Shown: positions 55,304-63,143 of the stretch, piece by piece
Layout of the letters: each line of letters begins with the position of its first letter
Position numbering within the stretch: position 1 is the first letter of the stretch
NCBI GenBank assembly: GCA_964500645.1
Contig: CAZCOH010000006.1
Location: forward strand, 1,492-65,491
Origin: an uncultured Dehalococcoidia bacterium
GTDB lineage: Bacteria > Chloroflexota > Dehalococcoidia > Lucifugimonadales > UBA826
DNA length: 64,000 bases
Reading direction: 5' to 3'
Notes under the pieces: model-generated
The model's database searches: none
Seen by the model: only the letters and a program-made list of their open reading frames with translations
What the model was told of the DNA's origin: nothing
Made by a program: the position numbers and the translations under genes

Positions 55304-56395
55304 CTAAAGACTCTGTAATTTAATTTTCGTAGGTTCCTGAGAGAAATCTTTTAAATAACCCTCAATGTTCATTTTTTCCGTAACCCATCTTTTTAGGATG
55401 GTCCTAAATCTGTACTCTATAAGCTCGGGGAATGTCATTGGACTCAGACCTTCGCTCGACTCTAGGCCCAAATGTTCTAATACTATTTCTCCGACTAAGC
55501 CGTGGCCACCTCTGATGTTTCCAAGCGCCTTTGAGACAAAAACGTTTGGGACGTATCTTAGAAACCTTTTTTCCTTCAAGGAAGCGTATCCTACAATCAA
55601 TTCACCGAGTTTTGCTTTGTCTTGAAGCATTTCGTTAATATTTCCTATTATTCGTACTAAAAGTGCCGTAATGTCCCCATTCATTCTAGGTATCCATTTT
55701 TGAGTTTTGGACTCTATATTTGCGACCAAAGGTATGTGGTTTGAAGGCATTTGAAAGTTTGATATGGCGTGGGTTATCTGTTTCATTAACCCGGGATCTG
55801 ATTCAAGTTGTATAGCAGTTAAATTTCTGAACTGAACTGTGTGTAGGGCTTCTCTCCCTTTGACTTTGCTAAGAATCTTAGTAGTGTTACTTTCCTCGGG
55901 GAAAAATCCACGTTGAAGTTCGTACCAATAGTCTGTTATGCATTCCTGTATCATTCCGTAGGTGGTAAGTTCAATAGGGTGATATCCAGAGCTATGAACC
56001 TCCTGATAAGATACACTGTCGAATGCTTCCTGAACCTGTTGTTCAAGTTCCGATTTATCAATACCGAAGTCTACTAAGATATTTTTAAACGGGTCGGCAT
56101 GTCCTCTTTCATCCGGGGCCCAAAATCCCGTGACATAGTTGCTTAGCCAGAATGCACCATGATCTTTAGCTCCTGCTAAGTAGGTGTCTGCGTATTGTTC
56201 AGTTAAGGATTCGGTGATAAAAGAAAGCTTGAAAGTGTCCACTAGGTCTGAGGCAGACATCTTACTCTGAGCAATAATTTCTTCTGGTTTATAGGTCTCA
56301 AACATTGAATCTAAGTCACTTTGATTTACTGTTTGTAACTTAGGTATTTGTTTGTTTACGTACGACTCCAGTATTTTGGTCGTTACATCATCCAT
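55304..56395 (-). CDS. Ferritin-like diiron protein resembling soluble acyl-ACP desaturases
   Basis: The pattern is E...ExxH...E...ExxH: SLTEQY, WAPDERGHAD (compare WTAEENRHGD of acyl-ACP desaturases), IQECITDYW and GREALHTVQF. Confidence 0.5.
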   Translation of the reverse strand: MDDVTTKILESYVNKQIPKLQTVNQSDLDSMFETYKPEEIIAQSKMSASDLVDTFKLSFITESLTEQYADTYLAGAKDHGAFWLSNYVTGFWAPDERGHADPFKNILVDFGIDKSELEQQVQEAFDSVSYQEVHSSGYHPIELTTYGMIQECITDYWYELQRGFFPEESNTTKILSKVKGREALHTVQFRNLTAIQLESDPGLMKQITHAISNFQMPSNHIPLVANIESKTQKWIPRMNGDITALLVRIIGNINEMLQDKAKLGELIVGYASLKEKRFLRYVPNVFVSKALGNIRGGHGLVGEIVLEHLGLESSEGLSPMTFPELIEYRFRTILKRWVTEKMNIEGYLKDFSQEPTKIKLQSL

Positions 56396-56419
56396 TAGTG
56401 TTTATTCCTGATTAGTCTT

Positions 56420-56899
56420 CTATTTACATCTGGATTCAAAATCTTTTGCCTTAGAAAGTATGGTTCCGTAGTCAGGAGCGTCACCAGGGTGTTTTCCAAC
56501 CCACTCAAATAACACATGACCTTCAGAATCGGTAAAGAAAACTGCTCTATTTGCCGACCTATAGTTCTCTACTCCTCCAAGCCCCTTAAATTCGACTTCA
56601 AATTGATCTATTAAACGTAGTTCATGATCACTTAGAAGGTCAAAATCGATTGCGTAATCATTCTTCCATTTTTCTAATACGAAGGTGGAATCCACGGTTA
56701 TTCCTGTAACTTTTGTGATTCCGGGATCAAGCTCATCCAAGTACAGGTTGAATTCTGTGAGTCCTAAATTGCATAAATCTGTGAAAGCTCCCGGGAAGAA
56801 GCAGACGATGTTTAAAGGAAAATCTGTATCAATTACAGGACGGGATTTTCGATTTTGATTATATAAATGTATTGGATCAATTTGCTTTCCAATTACCAT
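56420..56899 (-). CDS. Peroxiredoxin-like (AhpC/TSA, BCP-type) protein
   Basis: Universal PxxxTxxC motif as PGAFTDLC. The size of about 160 aa fits a thioredoxin fold. Confidence 0.65.
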   Translation of the reverse strand: MVIGKQIDPIHLYNQNRKSRPVIDTDFPLNIVCFFPGAFTDLCNLGLTEFNLYLDELDPGITKVTGITVDSTFVLEKWKNDYAIDFDLLSDHELRLIDQFEVEFKGLGGVENYRSANRAVFFTDSEGHVLFEWVGKHPGDAPDYGTILSKAKDFESRCK

Positions 56900-56914
56900 G
56901 TTTTAAACCTCTTT

Positions 56915-57454
56915 CTAAGTTTTGTGAAAAAAAATGACCCATAAAATTGCATCCATAATGAGACAGTGAAATGTTATGGCAGCTAGTCCTGCAAGCGCCA
57001 CAATTTTTTCCGTAGACGAAAAATCACTGCCGTCGTAAGTTGCCACACCCAAACATAAAAGTATAAGAGACAATGCCGTAATCCACAAAACTACAACGGT
57101 TAATATCCACCAAAAGTTGCTTCCTGAAATTATGTAAGTCAGCAAAAATGGCATCCAGCAGGCTGCTGATAACAAGAAAATAGCAGCAAGAATCGTTATT
57201 GAATGATTTCCAAGTAGCCAGTCATGACTGAAATGCGTCGCCCCGTCCTTAAATACTGCCATGTAACAAAACATTAAGTAGCCAATTGCGGCTATCAACA
57301 TTGATACAACAATTGCTTGTCGCCAGCTCGCACTTACTCCGCCCCACAAAGAATTTCTGTGTTCTGGGAAGTTTCCTATGCCAATAGCATACCCCCCTAA
57401 AACCAAGATGCCGCCAATGATGTTTACTAAAATGAAAGTCATCTGTGGGGACAT
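56915..57454 (-). CDS. Hypothetical membrane protein (about 5 TM), first gene of the long minus-strand cluster
   Basis: Hydrophobic helices. SD TGGAGT lies 9 nt upstream of the ATG. Confidence 0.5.
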   Translation of the reverse strand: MSPQMTFILVNIIGGILVLGGYAIGIGNFPEHRNSLWGGVSASWRQAIVVSMLIAAIGYLMFCYMAVFKDGATHFSHDWLLGNHSITILAAIFLLSAACWMPFLLTYIISGSNFWWILTVVVLWITALSLILLCLGVATYDGSDFSSTEKIVALAGLAAITFHCLIMDAILWVIFFHKT

Positions 57455-57494
57455 TTTTCTACTCCAAAAAGTGAGGTGAATTTTTAAAAGGTAT

Positions 57495-57512
57495 ATGTGT
57501 TATGATACACAT
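57495..57512. promoter_or_regulatory. Inverted repeat ATGTGT-TATGAT-ACACAT in the divergent promoter region (candidate operator overlapping a -10-like hexamer)
   Basis: The 6-bp arms are perfect and the 6-bp spacer TATGAT resembles a -10 box. It lies about 41 nt upstream of the start at 57454 and 149 nt upstream of the start at 57661. Confidence 0.25.
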
Positions 57513-57660
57513 GAGATTGCTTAAACACAAACAAATGGTTTTCCAATTATCTGGTTTAGTAACTGCTTGAATAAAGTGATTGAGACGCAGTAGACAAGCT
57601 ATAAGGCCAGAAACTGACGCATAAACATAGTTAGGTAGAGTAAAGGATCCAGAAGTACAT

Positions 57661-59091
57661 ATGAACGTTTTGATGGTAGGTAGCACCGGGTTTATAGGTA
57701 GAGCCACCCTTGCTTATTTACAGGGGAAAGGACACCGTGTAGCAGCGTGGGTTAGAGATTCTGAAAAAGCAAGAGATCTGTTAGGTGAAGGGATTAGAAT
57801 TCTCGGACCATTTGTAAACCCGACGGACCTTAGAAAAGAATTGGAATGGGCAGACTGTGTTGTGAATCTTGCCGGGAGACCTTTGGCCGGGGTGAGATGG
57901 ACCAAAAAAAAGAAGAAAGATTTTGAGGACAGTAGAATTGGATTAACCAACATCATTACTGAGGAAATCTCGAATTGCCAAAATCCTCCTAGTGTGTTCG
58001 TGTCAGCGAGCGCGGTTGGGTACTATGGAGATCGAGGATCGGAAGTTCTTACGGAAAGATCATCAAAAGGTGAAGATTATCTTTCCGATCTCTGCTCCAG
58101 TTGGGAAGAATCTGCGCATAAGGCAGAAAAATATGGGGTGAGGGTATGCACCTTAAGATTGGGGATAGTTTTGGGCAGGGAAGGCGGAATACTTAAACAA
58201 GTATTACCGGGATTTGAAATGGGTCTTGGAACTTACACTGGGGATGGTAACCAGCAACTATCATGGATACATCTTGCGGACGTGGCACGAGCTATAGAAT
58301 TTTGTATTTCTGATGAACGGGTCACAGGCCCGGTGAATATTACCTCTCCCAAACCTAGCACTAGCAAGCAATTTGCCTTAGAACTTGGTAGTGTGACAAA
58401 TGCGAAGATTGTACTTCCAATCGGATCTTTTCCTCTAAGAGTGATTTTCGGTGAAGGAGCCACGGTACTAACGAATAGTCAAAAAGCTATTCCACAAAAA
58501 TTGCAAGACCTTGGATTCGAATTTATCTACACAAGTTTGAATGATGTTTTCAAAGACGAAGTAACCCCTGATTCTGTGATTATTCAAAGGGTCAAAGATC
58601 ATGATTTGCTCCCTAAAGGAATTAAGGGGGATTACATATTAGAAACCGAAGTCTCTTTAAAAACTGGTTCTGAAGAGACTTTCGGGTTTTTCTCCTCACC
58701 GCTCAATCTGGGTCTATCTACTCCTTCTTGGGTCGGATTTAAAATAAAAGAAATGCCTAATGAGGTGAGAGAAGGTTCAGTAATTACATATCGTATTAAA
58801 GTTGGACCTATCCCACTGAAATGGAAGACGGTTATATGGGAATGGAATCCCAACGACTCATTTATTGATTTTCAGGAAAAAGGTCCGTACAAAGTGTGGC
58901 ATCACGAACATGAAATCATACCCAATGGACCTGGCGCCTCTATTATGAAGGATTCAGTCACATACACCATACCGGGAGGGCTTGTGGGCAGAATAATTCA
59001 TTCTATTTTCATAAAGAAAACTCTAATCCGTATATTTGGGTATAGAAGAAGGGTAATTCAACTGAGGTTCGAGAGGGAAATATATGCCTAG
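57661..59091 (+). CDS. TIGR01777/SDR39U1-type epimerase-family protein (with DUF1731) fused to a C-terminal SRPBCC domain
   Basis: MNVLMVGSTGFIGRA; SQKAIPQKLQDLGFEFIY (DUF1731-like); C-terminal GPYKVWHHEHEI...DSVTYTIPGGLVGRII...IFGYRRRVI. Confidence 0.75.
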   Translation: MNVLMVGSTGFIGRATLAYLQGKGHRVAAWVRDSEKARDLLGEGIRILGPFVNPTDLRKELEWADCVVNLAGRPLAGVRWTKKKKKDFEDSRIGLTNIITEEISNCQNPPSVFVSASAVGYYGDRGSEVLTERSSKGEDYLSDLCSSWEESAHKAEKYGVRVCTLRLGIVLGREGGILKQVLPGFEMGLGTYTGDGNQQLSWIHLADVARAIEFCISDERVTGPVNITSPKPSTSKQFALELGSVTNAKIVLPIGSFPLRVIFGEGATVLTNSQKAIPQKLQDLGFEFIYTSLNDVFKDEVTPDSVIIQRVKDHDLLPKGIKGDYILETEVSLKTGSEETFGFFSSPLNLGLSTPSWVGFKIKEMPNEVREGSVITYRIKVGPIPLKWKTVIWEWNPNDSFIDFQEKGPYKVWHHEHEIIPNGPGASIMKDSVTYTIPGGLVGRIIHSIFIKKTLIRIFGYRRRVIQLRFEREIYA

Positions 59092-59980
59092 TAAGAGCAA
59101 TGATGAAAAAGATTTACTAACAAACAAAATATGTGAAGAATTAGTAGAGGCGATGTTGGAGGCGGATAGAAATCGCTGTGAGTCCCTTATAGAAGGAGCT
59201 TTACTTAATAATTTGACGCCAGTTCAGATTTTTGATTCTGTAATTTCAGTCGCTCTTAACCGGATTGGGGCACTATGGCACAAAGGATCTATTACTATTG
59301 CTCACGAGCACGGTGCAAGTGAGATAGCACAGAATCTTATTGATTTTGTTTCTGATAAAACTCCTCATTTATCATCAAATGGCCTTACTGCTGTAGTGGC
59401 GGGAGTGGAGGGGGAACAACATGTTTTGGGCGCCAAGTTCTTTTCCGCCTTGCTGGAAGTGGAGGGATGGATTGTGCACTATTTAGGTTCCTCATTACCC
59501 AGTGATGATCTGGTGCAATATGTCGTTGAAAAAAACGTAGATGCGATTGTGCTGACTATAGTTCTACCTGACAATATTGATCATGCAGAACAATGCCTAA
59601 AAAAATTGCAGAAATTAGACTCTCCCCCGGTTGTGTTAGTTGGAGGTGGGGCTGTGATAGGAAAGGAACTAGAAGGAGCTGTAGTTGCAGAGAATTTGGT
59701 GTCTGGTCTCACCTTGCTAGAGTCAAATTTTGGAATGGGTAGTTCTATGTTCACACTAGACGACATTCTTTTGGGTATAGGACAAAACATACAAGACATT
59801 AGAAAATCTAGAGGCATGAATCAGGGTCAATTAGCCGAGGCAGCAGGCGTTGATAGAGCGTACATAAGTTTAGTTGAAAATGGTAAACAGAACCTGACAT
59901 TAGCTGCTTTAGTAAGGCTATCAGAAGCATTGTCGGTTCCCGTATCTGGAGTCATACCTGTTTCCACCTATAGACGTTGA
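59084..59980 (+). CDS. Cobalamin-binding (CarH-like photosensory signature) protein with a C-terminal XRE-family HTH
   Basis: W65-x9-E75-H76 (ALWHKGSITIAHEH), E111-x-H113-x-x-G116 (GEQHVLG), and a Rossmann-like B12 domain. The C-terminal HTH_3 is RGMNQGQLAEAAGVDRAYISLVENGKQNLTLAALVRLSEAL. The ATG overlaps the upstream stop by 8 nt. Confidence 0.8.
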   Translation: MPSKSNDEKDLLTNKICEELVEAMLEADRNRCESLIEGALLNNLTPVQIFDSVISVALNRIGALWHKGSITIAHEHGASEIAQNLIDFVSDKTPHLSSNGLTAVVAGVEGEQHVLGAKFFSALLEVEGWIVHYLGSSLPSDDLVQYVVEKNVDAIVLTIVLPDNIDHAEQCLKKLQKLDSPPVVLVGGGAVIGKELEGAVVAENLVSGLTLLESNFGMGSSMFTLDDILLGIGQNIQDIRKSRGMNQGQLAEAAGVDRAYISLVENGKQNLTLAALVRLSEALSVPVSGVIPVSTYRR

Positions 59981-60020
59981 ATTTAGGATTATTTGATTTC
60001 CCTAGGGAGTCTAAATAACT

Positions 60021-60479
60021 ATGGACTCAGAATTTTTTTTGCCGCTGATAGCCTTGGTGAATGTTTGCATATCTTGGTTCATGGTTGGCCTCATCTGGAT
60101 AATACAAATTGTCACTTATCCGATTTTTTCGTCTGTTGGCGGTTATAAATATGACAAGTTCCATTCAAAGCACGTCTCGTTGATCACTCCTCTGGTTGCA
60201 CCTTTAATGTTATTTGAATTGGCTGTAGCGGTAGTGTTATTGCTTGTGAGTGGACCGTATTGGAATTATGGATATTCTGTTGTAAATCTGGTTTTCCTAG
60301 CGATAATTTGGGCATCAACATTTCTAATCCAAATACCGTTGCACGTAAAATTGAGTGTTAAGTTTGAGAAAAAAAACCATACGAGGTTAGTCAGAACAAA
60401 TTGGATTAGGACATTTGCCTGGACAATGAAAGGACTTTTATCGACGATCCTAATTTTCAATCTGATTCAGAATACGTAG
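60021..60479 (+). CDS. Hypothetical 4-TM membrane protein
   Basis: Four hydrophobic helices. No family was confidently recognised. Confidence 0.45.
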   Translation: MDSEFFLPLIALVNVCISWFMVGLIWIIQIVTYPIFSSVGGYKYDKFHSKHVSLITPLVAPLMLFELAVAVVLLLVSGPYWNYGYSVVNLVFLAIIWASTFLIQIPLHVKLSVKFEKKNHTRLVRTNWIRTFAWTMKGLLSTILIFNLIQNT

Positions 60480-60480
60480 A

Positions 60481-61068
60481 TTAATTATCAGACAAATTTT
60501 GATATTGAAGTTTGAATTTTATTAACACTGCAGCGGATAATATGAATATGGTCACAGAAAGGAGTAAATCCATATATATCAGCCATCCAGCGACGATTGT
60601 GATGAAGAACGCTGATACACCAGTGTAACTAGGTTTTTTAGTAAACAATAAAATGAGGGCCGATGGTATTACCGACACTAAGGCTGCTATTGGGATAAGT
60701 CCAATACCAGAGCCCATAGCAGTAGCCATACCGGTGCCACCGGAATTTTTCAGGGGTAAACGAGCTTGATGTCCCAGCAACATAGAAATTGATGCAAAAC
60801 ATGAAATTACGGTTGGCATGTCGGTGAAGTTAGCAATCACGATAGGTATTAGCCCCTTTGCCACATCAAGGAAAAAAACTAATACGCCTAAAAATGGCCC
60901 GACTTCATTGAAAATGTTTGAAGCTCCTGGATTTCCTGTTCCTGAGGATCTGATATCGATTCCTACTCTTTTAGTCAGAATGTCGCCTATTTGGACTAGA
61001 CCTATCAGGTAACACATAAAAACACAAACAATTATTTGGAATATATGAATTATCGATGTATCTAACAT
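60481..61068 (-). CDS. plsY: Glycerol-3-phosphate acyltransferase PlsY
   Basis: The IDIRSSGTGNPGASNIF motif (GSGNxGATN-type), LDVAKG, and a polytopic protein of about 195 aa. Confidence 0.8.
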   Translation of the reverse strand: MLDTSIIHIFQIIVCVFMCYLIGLVQIGDILTKRVGIDIRSSGTGNPGASNIFNEVGPFLGVLVFFLDVAKGLIPIVIANFTDMPTVISCFASISMLLGHQARLPLKNSGGTGMATAMGSGIGLIPIAALVSVIPSALILLFTKKPSYTGVSAFFITIVAGWLIYMDLLLSVTIFILSAAVLIKFKLQYQNLSDN

Positions 61069-61098
61069 CTCATTAATTATTTTGGATGAATAGTTTCA

Positions 61099-61452
61099 AT
61101 GGATAAACACACAAAAGAAGATCTCATTAGAGATGTTGAATTAGTAGAAATGATATTTGGTATTTTACCTTTAATATTATCTTCTATTATCATCCACTCG
61201 GGGACGTTGGATGAACTAGACCAATTTTATTTGGATTACCCAAAATATGTTTGGAACACAATTTTTATATTGTTGCCAATAGGTTTTTGGGCATCAGGTT
61301 TAGCTTACATCGTTTCCAAAGTAAACTACATGAGGATCAGGAATTATAGAGCAGTTAATTTACATTTATTAGTTCCAAACTTTTTGGGAATTGCCGCTAT
61401 TTTATTATTTACATGCGTAAACATATTCCTTTTCTACAGGTTTTATCTGTGA
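61099..61452 (+). CDS. Hypothetical membrane protein
   Basis: Three hydrophobic helices. No family was recognised. Confidence 0.4.
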   Translation: MDKHTKEDLIRDVELVEMIFGILPLILSSIIIHSGTLDELDQFYLDYPKYVWNTIFILLPIGFWASGLAYIVSKVNYMRIRNYRAVNLHLLVPNFLGIAAILLFTCVNIFLFYRFYL

Positions 61453-61463
61453 ATCATTTTAAT

Positions 61464-61841
61464 ATGAAAATTTTTGGCGTATACAATGCTCGCTCTGGTC
61501 TCGTTGGAGAGGCAAGCTATTTGCTAGGGAAGCTTTTAGGCACAACACATTGTTCATTTTGTGACATAACTCACTCTATTTTTACAAAAAAGAAAGAATG
61601 GAAAAATTTTATACAGGATTTTGAAATTCCTATATTAGCTATTCACATTAATGAGCAAAACGATGATATGAAGAAAATTACTTTAGGGAGAACCCCTTGT
61701 ATAGTTTTACAAGAAGAGGGAGATTATTTTTTGCTTATGGATGAATATTCTTTAACAGAATGTATTGGTGAAGTAAAAAGATTCAAAGAAAAGCTTCACG
61801 AGGCGATGAATAATTACAAACAATCTTCTAAAAATATATGA
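61464..61841 (+). CDS. Hypothetical protein with a CxxC motif
   Basis: MKIFGVYNARSG...THCSFCDITH. The internal ATG 61464 is preferred over the track start 61413, which overlaps the previous ORF. Confidence 0.4.
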   Translation: MKIFGVYNARSGLVGEASYLLGKLLGTTHCSFCDITHSIFTKKKEWKNFIQDFEIPILAIHINEQNDDMKKITLGRTPCIVLQEEGDYFLLMDEYSLTECIGEVKRFKEKLHEAMNNYKQSSKNI

Positions 61842-61867
61842 GAACTGAAGATAAGCTAGAAGATCTT

Positions 61868-63031
61868 TTAGTCTAGAATTGATTTTGCTAGAGCTTCAAG
61901 CGCTCTCGCTTCTATCGGAGGATTTGAGACTCCACTTCTGACATCTCTGAAGAACCTCTCAAGAGGTCTGTTTTTTTCCAGCCCAACGGCTCCTACAATT
62001 CGCATGGCGATGTCAGTAACACTTATCGCAGAGTCGACACAATTTACCTTAGTAATAAGAACCTCTGGGAGCAAGTCCTTGCGTTGACTTACGTAGTTCT
62101 CCCAGTCTTCTGAACAAGAAAAAAGCGATCTTTGTGCTACCAAAAGAAGAGACTCCATTTTGGCTATTTGTTCACGTATGTGAGGTATCTCCGATATTGT
62201 ATTTGCAGCACCACCTGGCCTACGGGTTCTTGCAAACTCAATTGCGTATGATCTAGCCGCATAAGCGATGCCCAAGTTTGCAGCACTTACTAATATAGGG
62301 AACCATGCAGCTCCATTAGGGCCATCATTGATGGGCTTATTTGTATTGGATCTGGAAATAAATTGATCACCAGAAAGGACAACGTTTTCAAAGACAATAT
62401 CGTGAGATCCACTCGATCTCATAGACATAGAATCCCATGTCTCTTCAATGGTTATGCCTTTCCCCGACATGTCCACTGATACTCGGGCGGTATCGTTAGT
62501 GCCGTCCTCTACTGCCGCATAGACAATTGCATTTCCAAGGTCTGGTGCTAAAGTTGACCAAGTTTTCCTCCCATTTAAGATCCATGTGTTCTTTTTATAT
62601 GGTTCTAATGTTGTTGATGGTCGGCCACCACCTCTAGGCGATCCTAATTCAGGTTCAGATGCTATGTTGTTAACTAAAATACCTTCTTTCGCAATTTTTT
62701 CAAAGATTCTCTTTCTTAGGCGACTTGGCCATTTTTCTGATTCAACTTCTGTGCCCACGACCATATGGTGCATTCCCACAGAAATAGCAGTGGCCCCATT
62801 CCCTTTTCCGATTTCAAATTGAGCAAGGGCTAAATCAGTCAAGCCATGGCCATTTCCCCCGAATTGTTTCGGGACAGATGCTTTTATATATCCTAAACTT
62901 TTCATTAAGGAAAAATGATCGTGAGGAAACGTTCCATCTCGGTCGTGTTTCCCGGCGGTCGAGGAAATTTGATCAGATATTTCTTTAGAAATTTTTATGA
63001 AATCTTCTTGTTGCTTATTCTTTGGCCACAT
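61868..63031 (-). CDS. Acyl-CoA dehydrogenase family protein
   Basis: ACAD-like three-domain pattern, with WILNGRKTWST and a C-terminal helical domain (ERFFRDVRSG). Confidence 0.8.
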   Translation of the reverse strand: MWPKNKQQEDFIKISKEISDQISSTAGKHDRDGTFPHDHFSLMKSLGYIKASVPKQFGGNGHGLTDLALAQFEIGKGNGATAISVGMHHMVVGTEVESEKWPSRLRKRIFEKIAKEGILVNNIASEPELGSPRGGGRPSTTLEPYKKNTWILNGRKTWSTLAPDLGNAIVYAAVEDGTNDTARVSVDMSGKGITIEETWDSMSMRSSGSHDIVFENVVLSGDQFISRSNTNKPINDGPNGAAWFPILVSAANLGIAYAARSYAIEFARTRRPGGAANTISEIPHIREQIAKMESLLLVAQRSLFSCSEDWENYVSQRKDLLPEVLITKVNCVDSAISVTDIAMRIVGAVGLEKNRPLERFFRDVRSGVSNPPIEARALEALAKSILD

Positions 63032-63143
63032 ATTTTCCTTATGGCATGAGAACCAATAATATTGATATATAAGGCTAAAAAATCCTGAATAATTATAAGT
63101 GAATCACAAGTATATAAATGTCATTCAAAAATGTTATTGATTT

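Noticed and set aside
57459-57707. An 82-aa minus-strand ORF spanning the divergent intergenic region
   Set aside because: It overlaps the start of 57661..59091, has no SD, and contains no recognisable motif. The region is better explained as promoter/operator DNA.
59999-60008. A 10-bp perfect palindrome TCCCTAGGGA downstream of the regulator gene
   Set aside because: It is too short and has no loop, so it cannot be a terminator. A single copy with no partner site has no supportable function.
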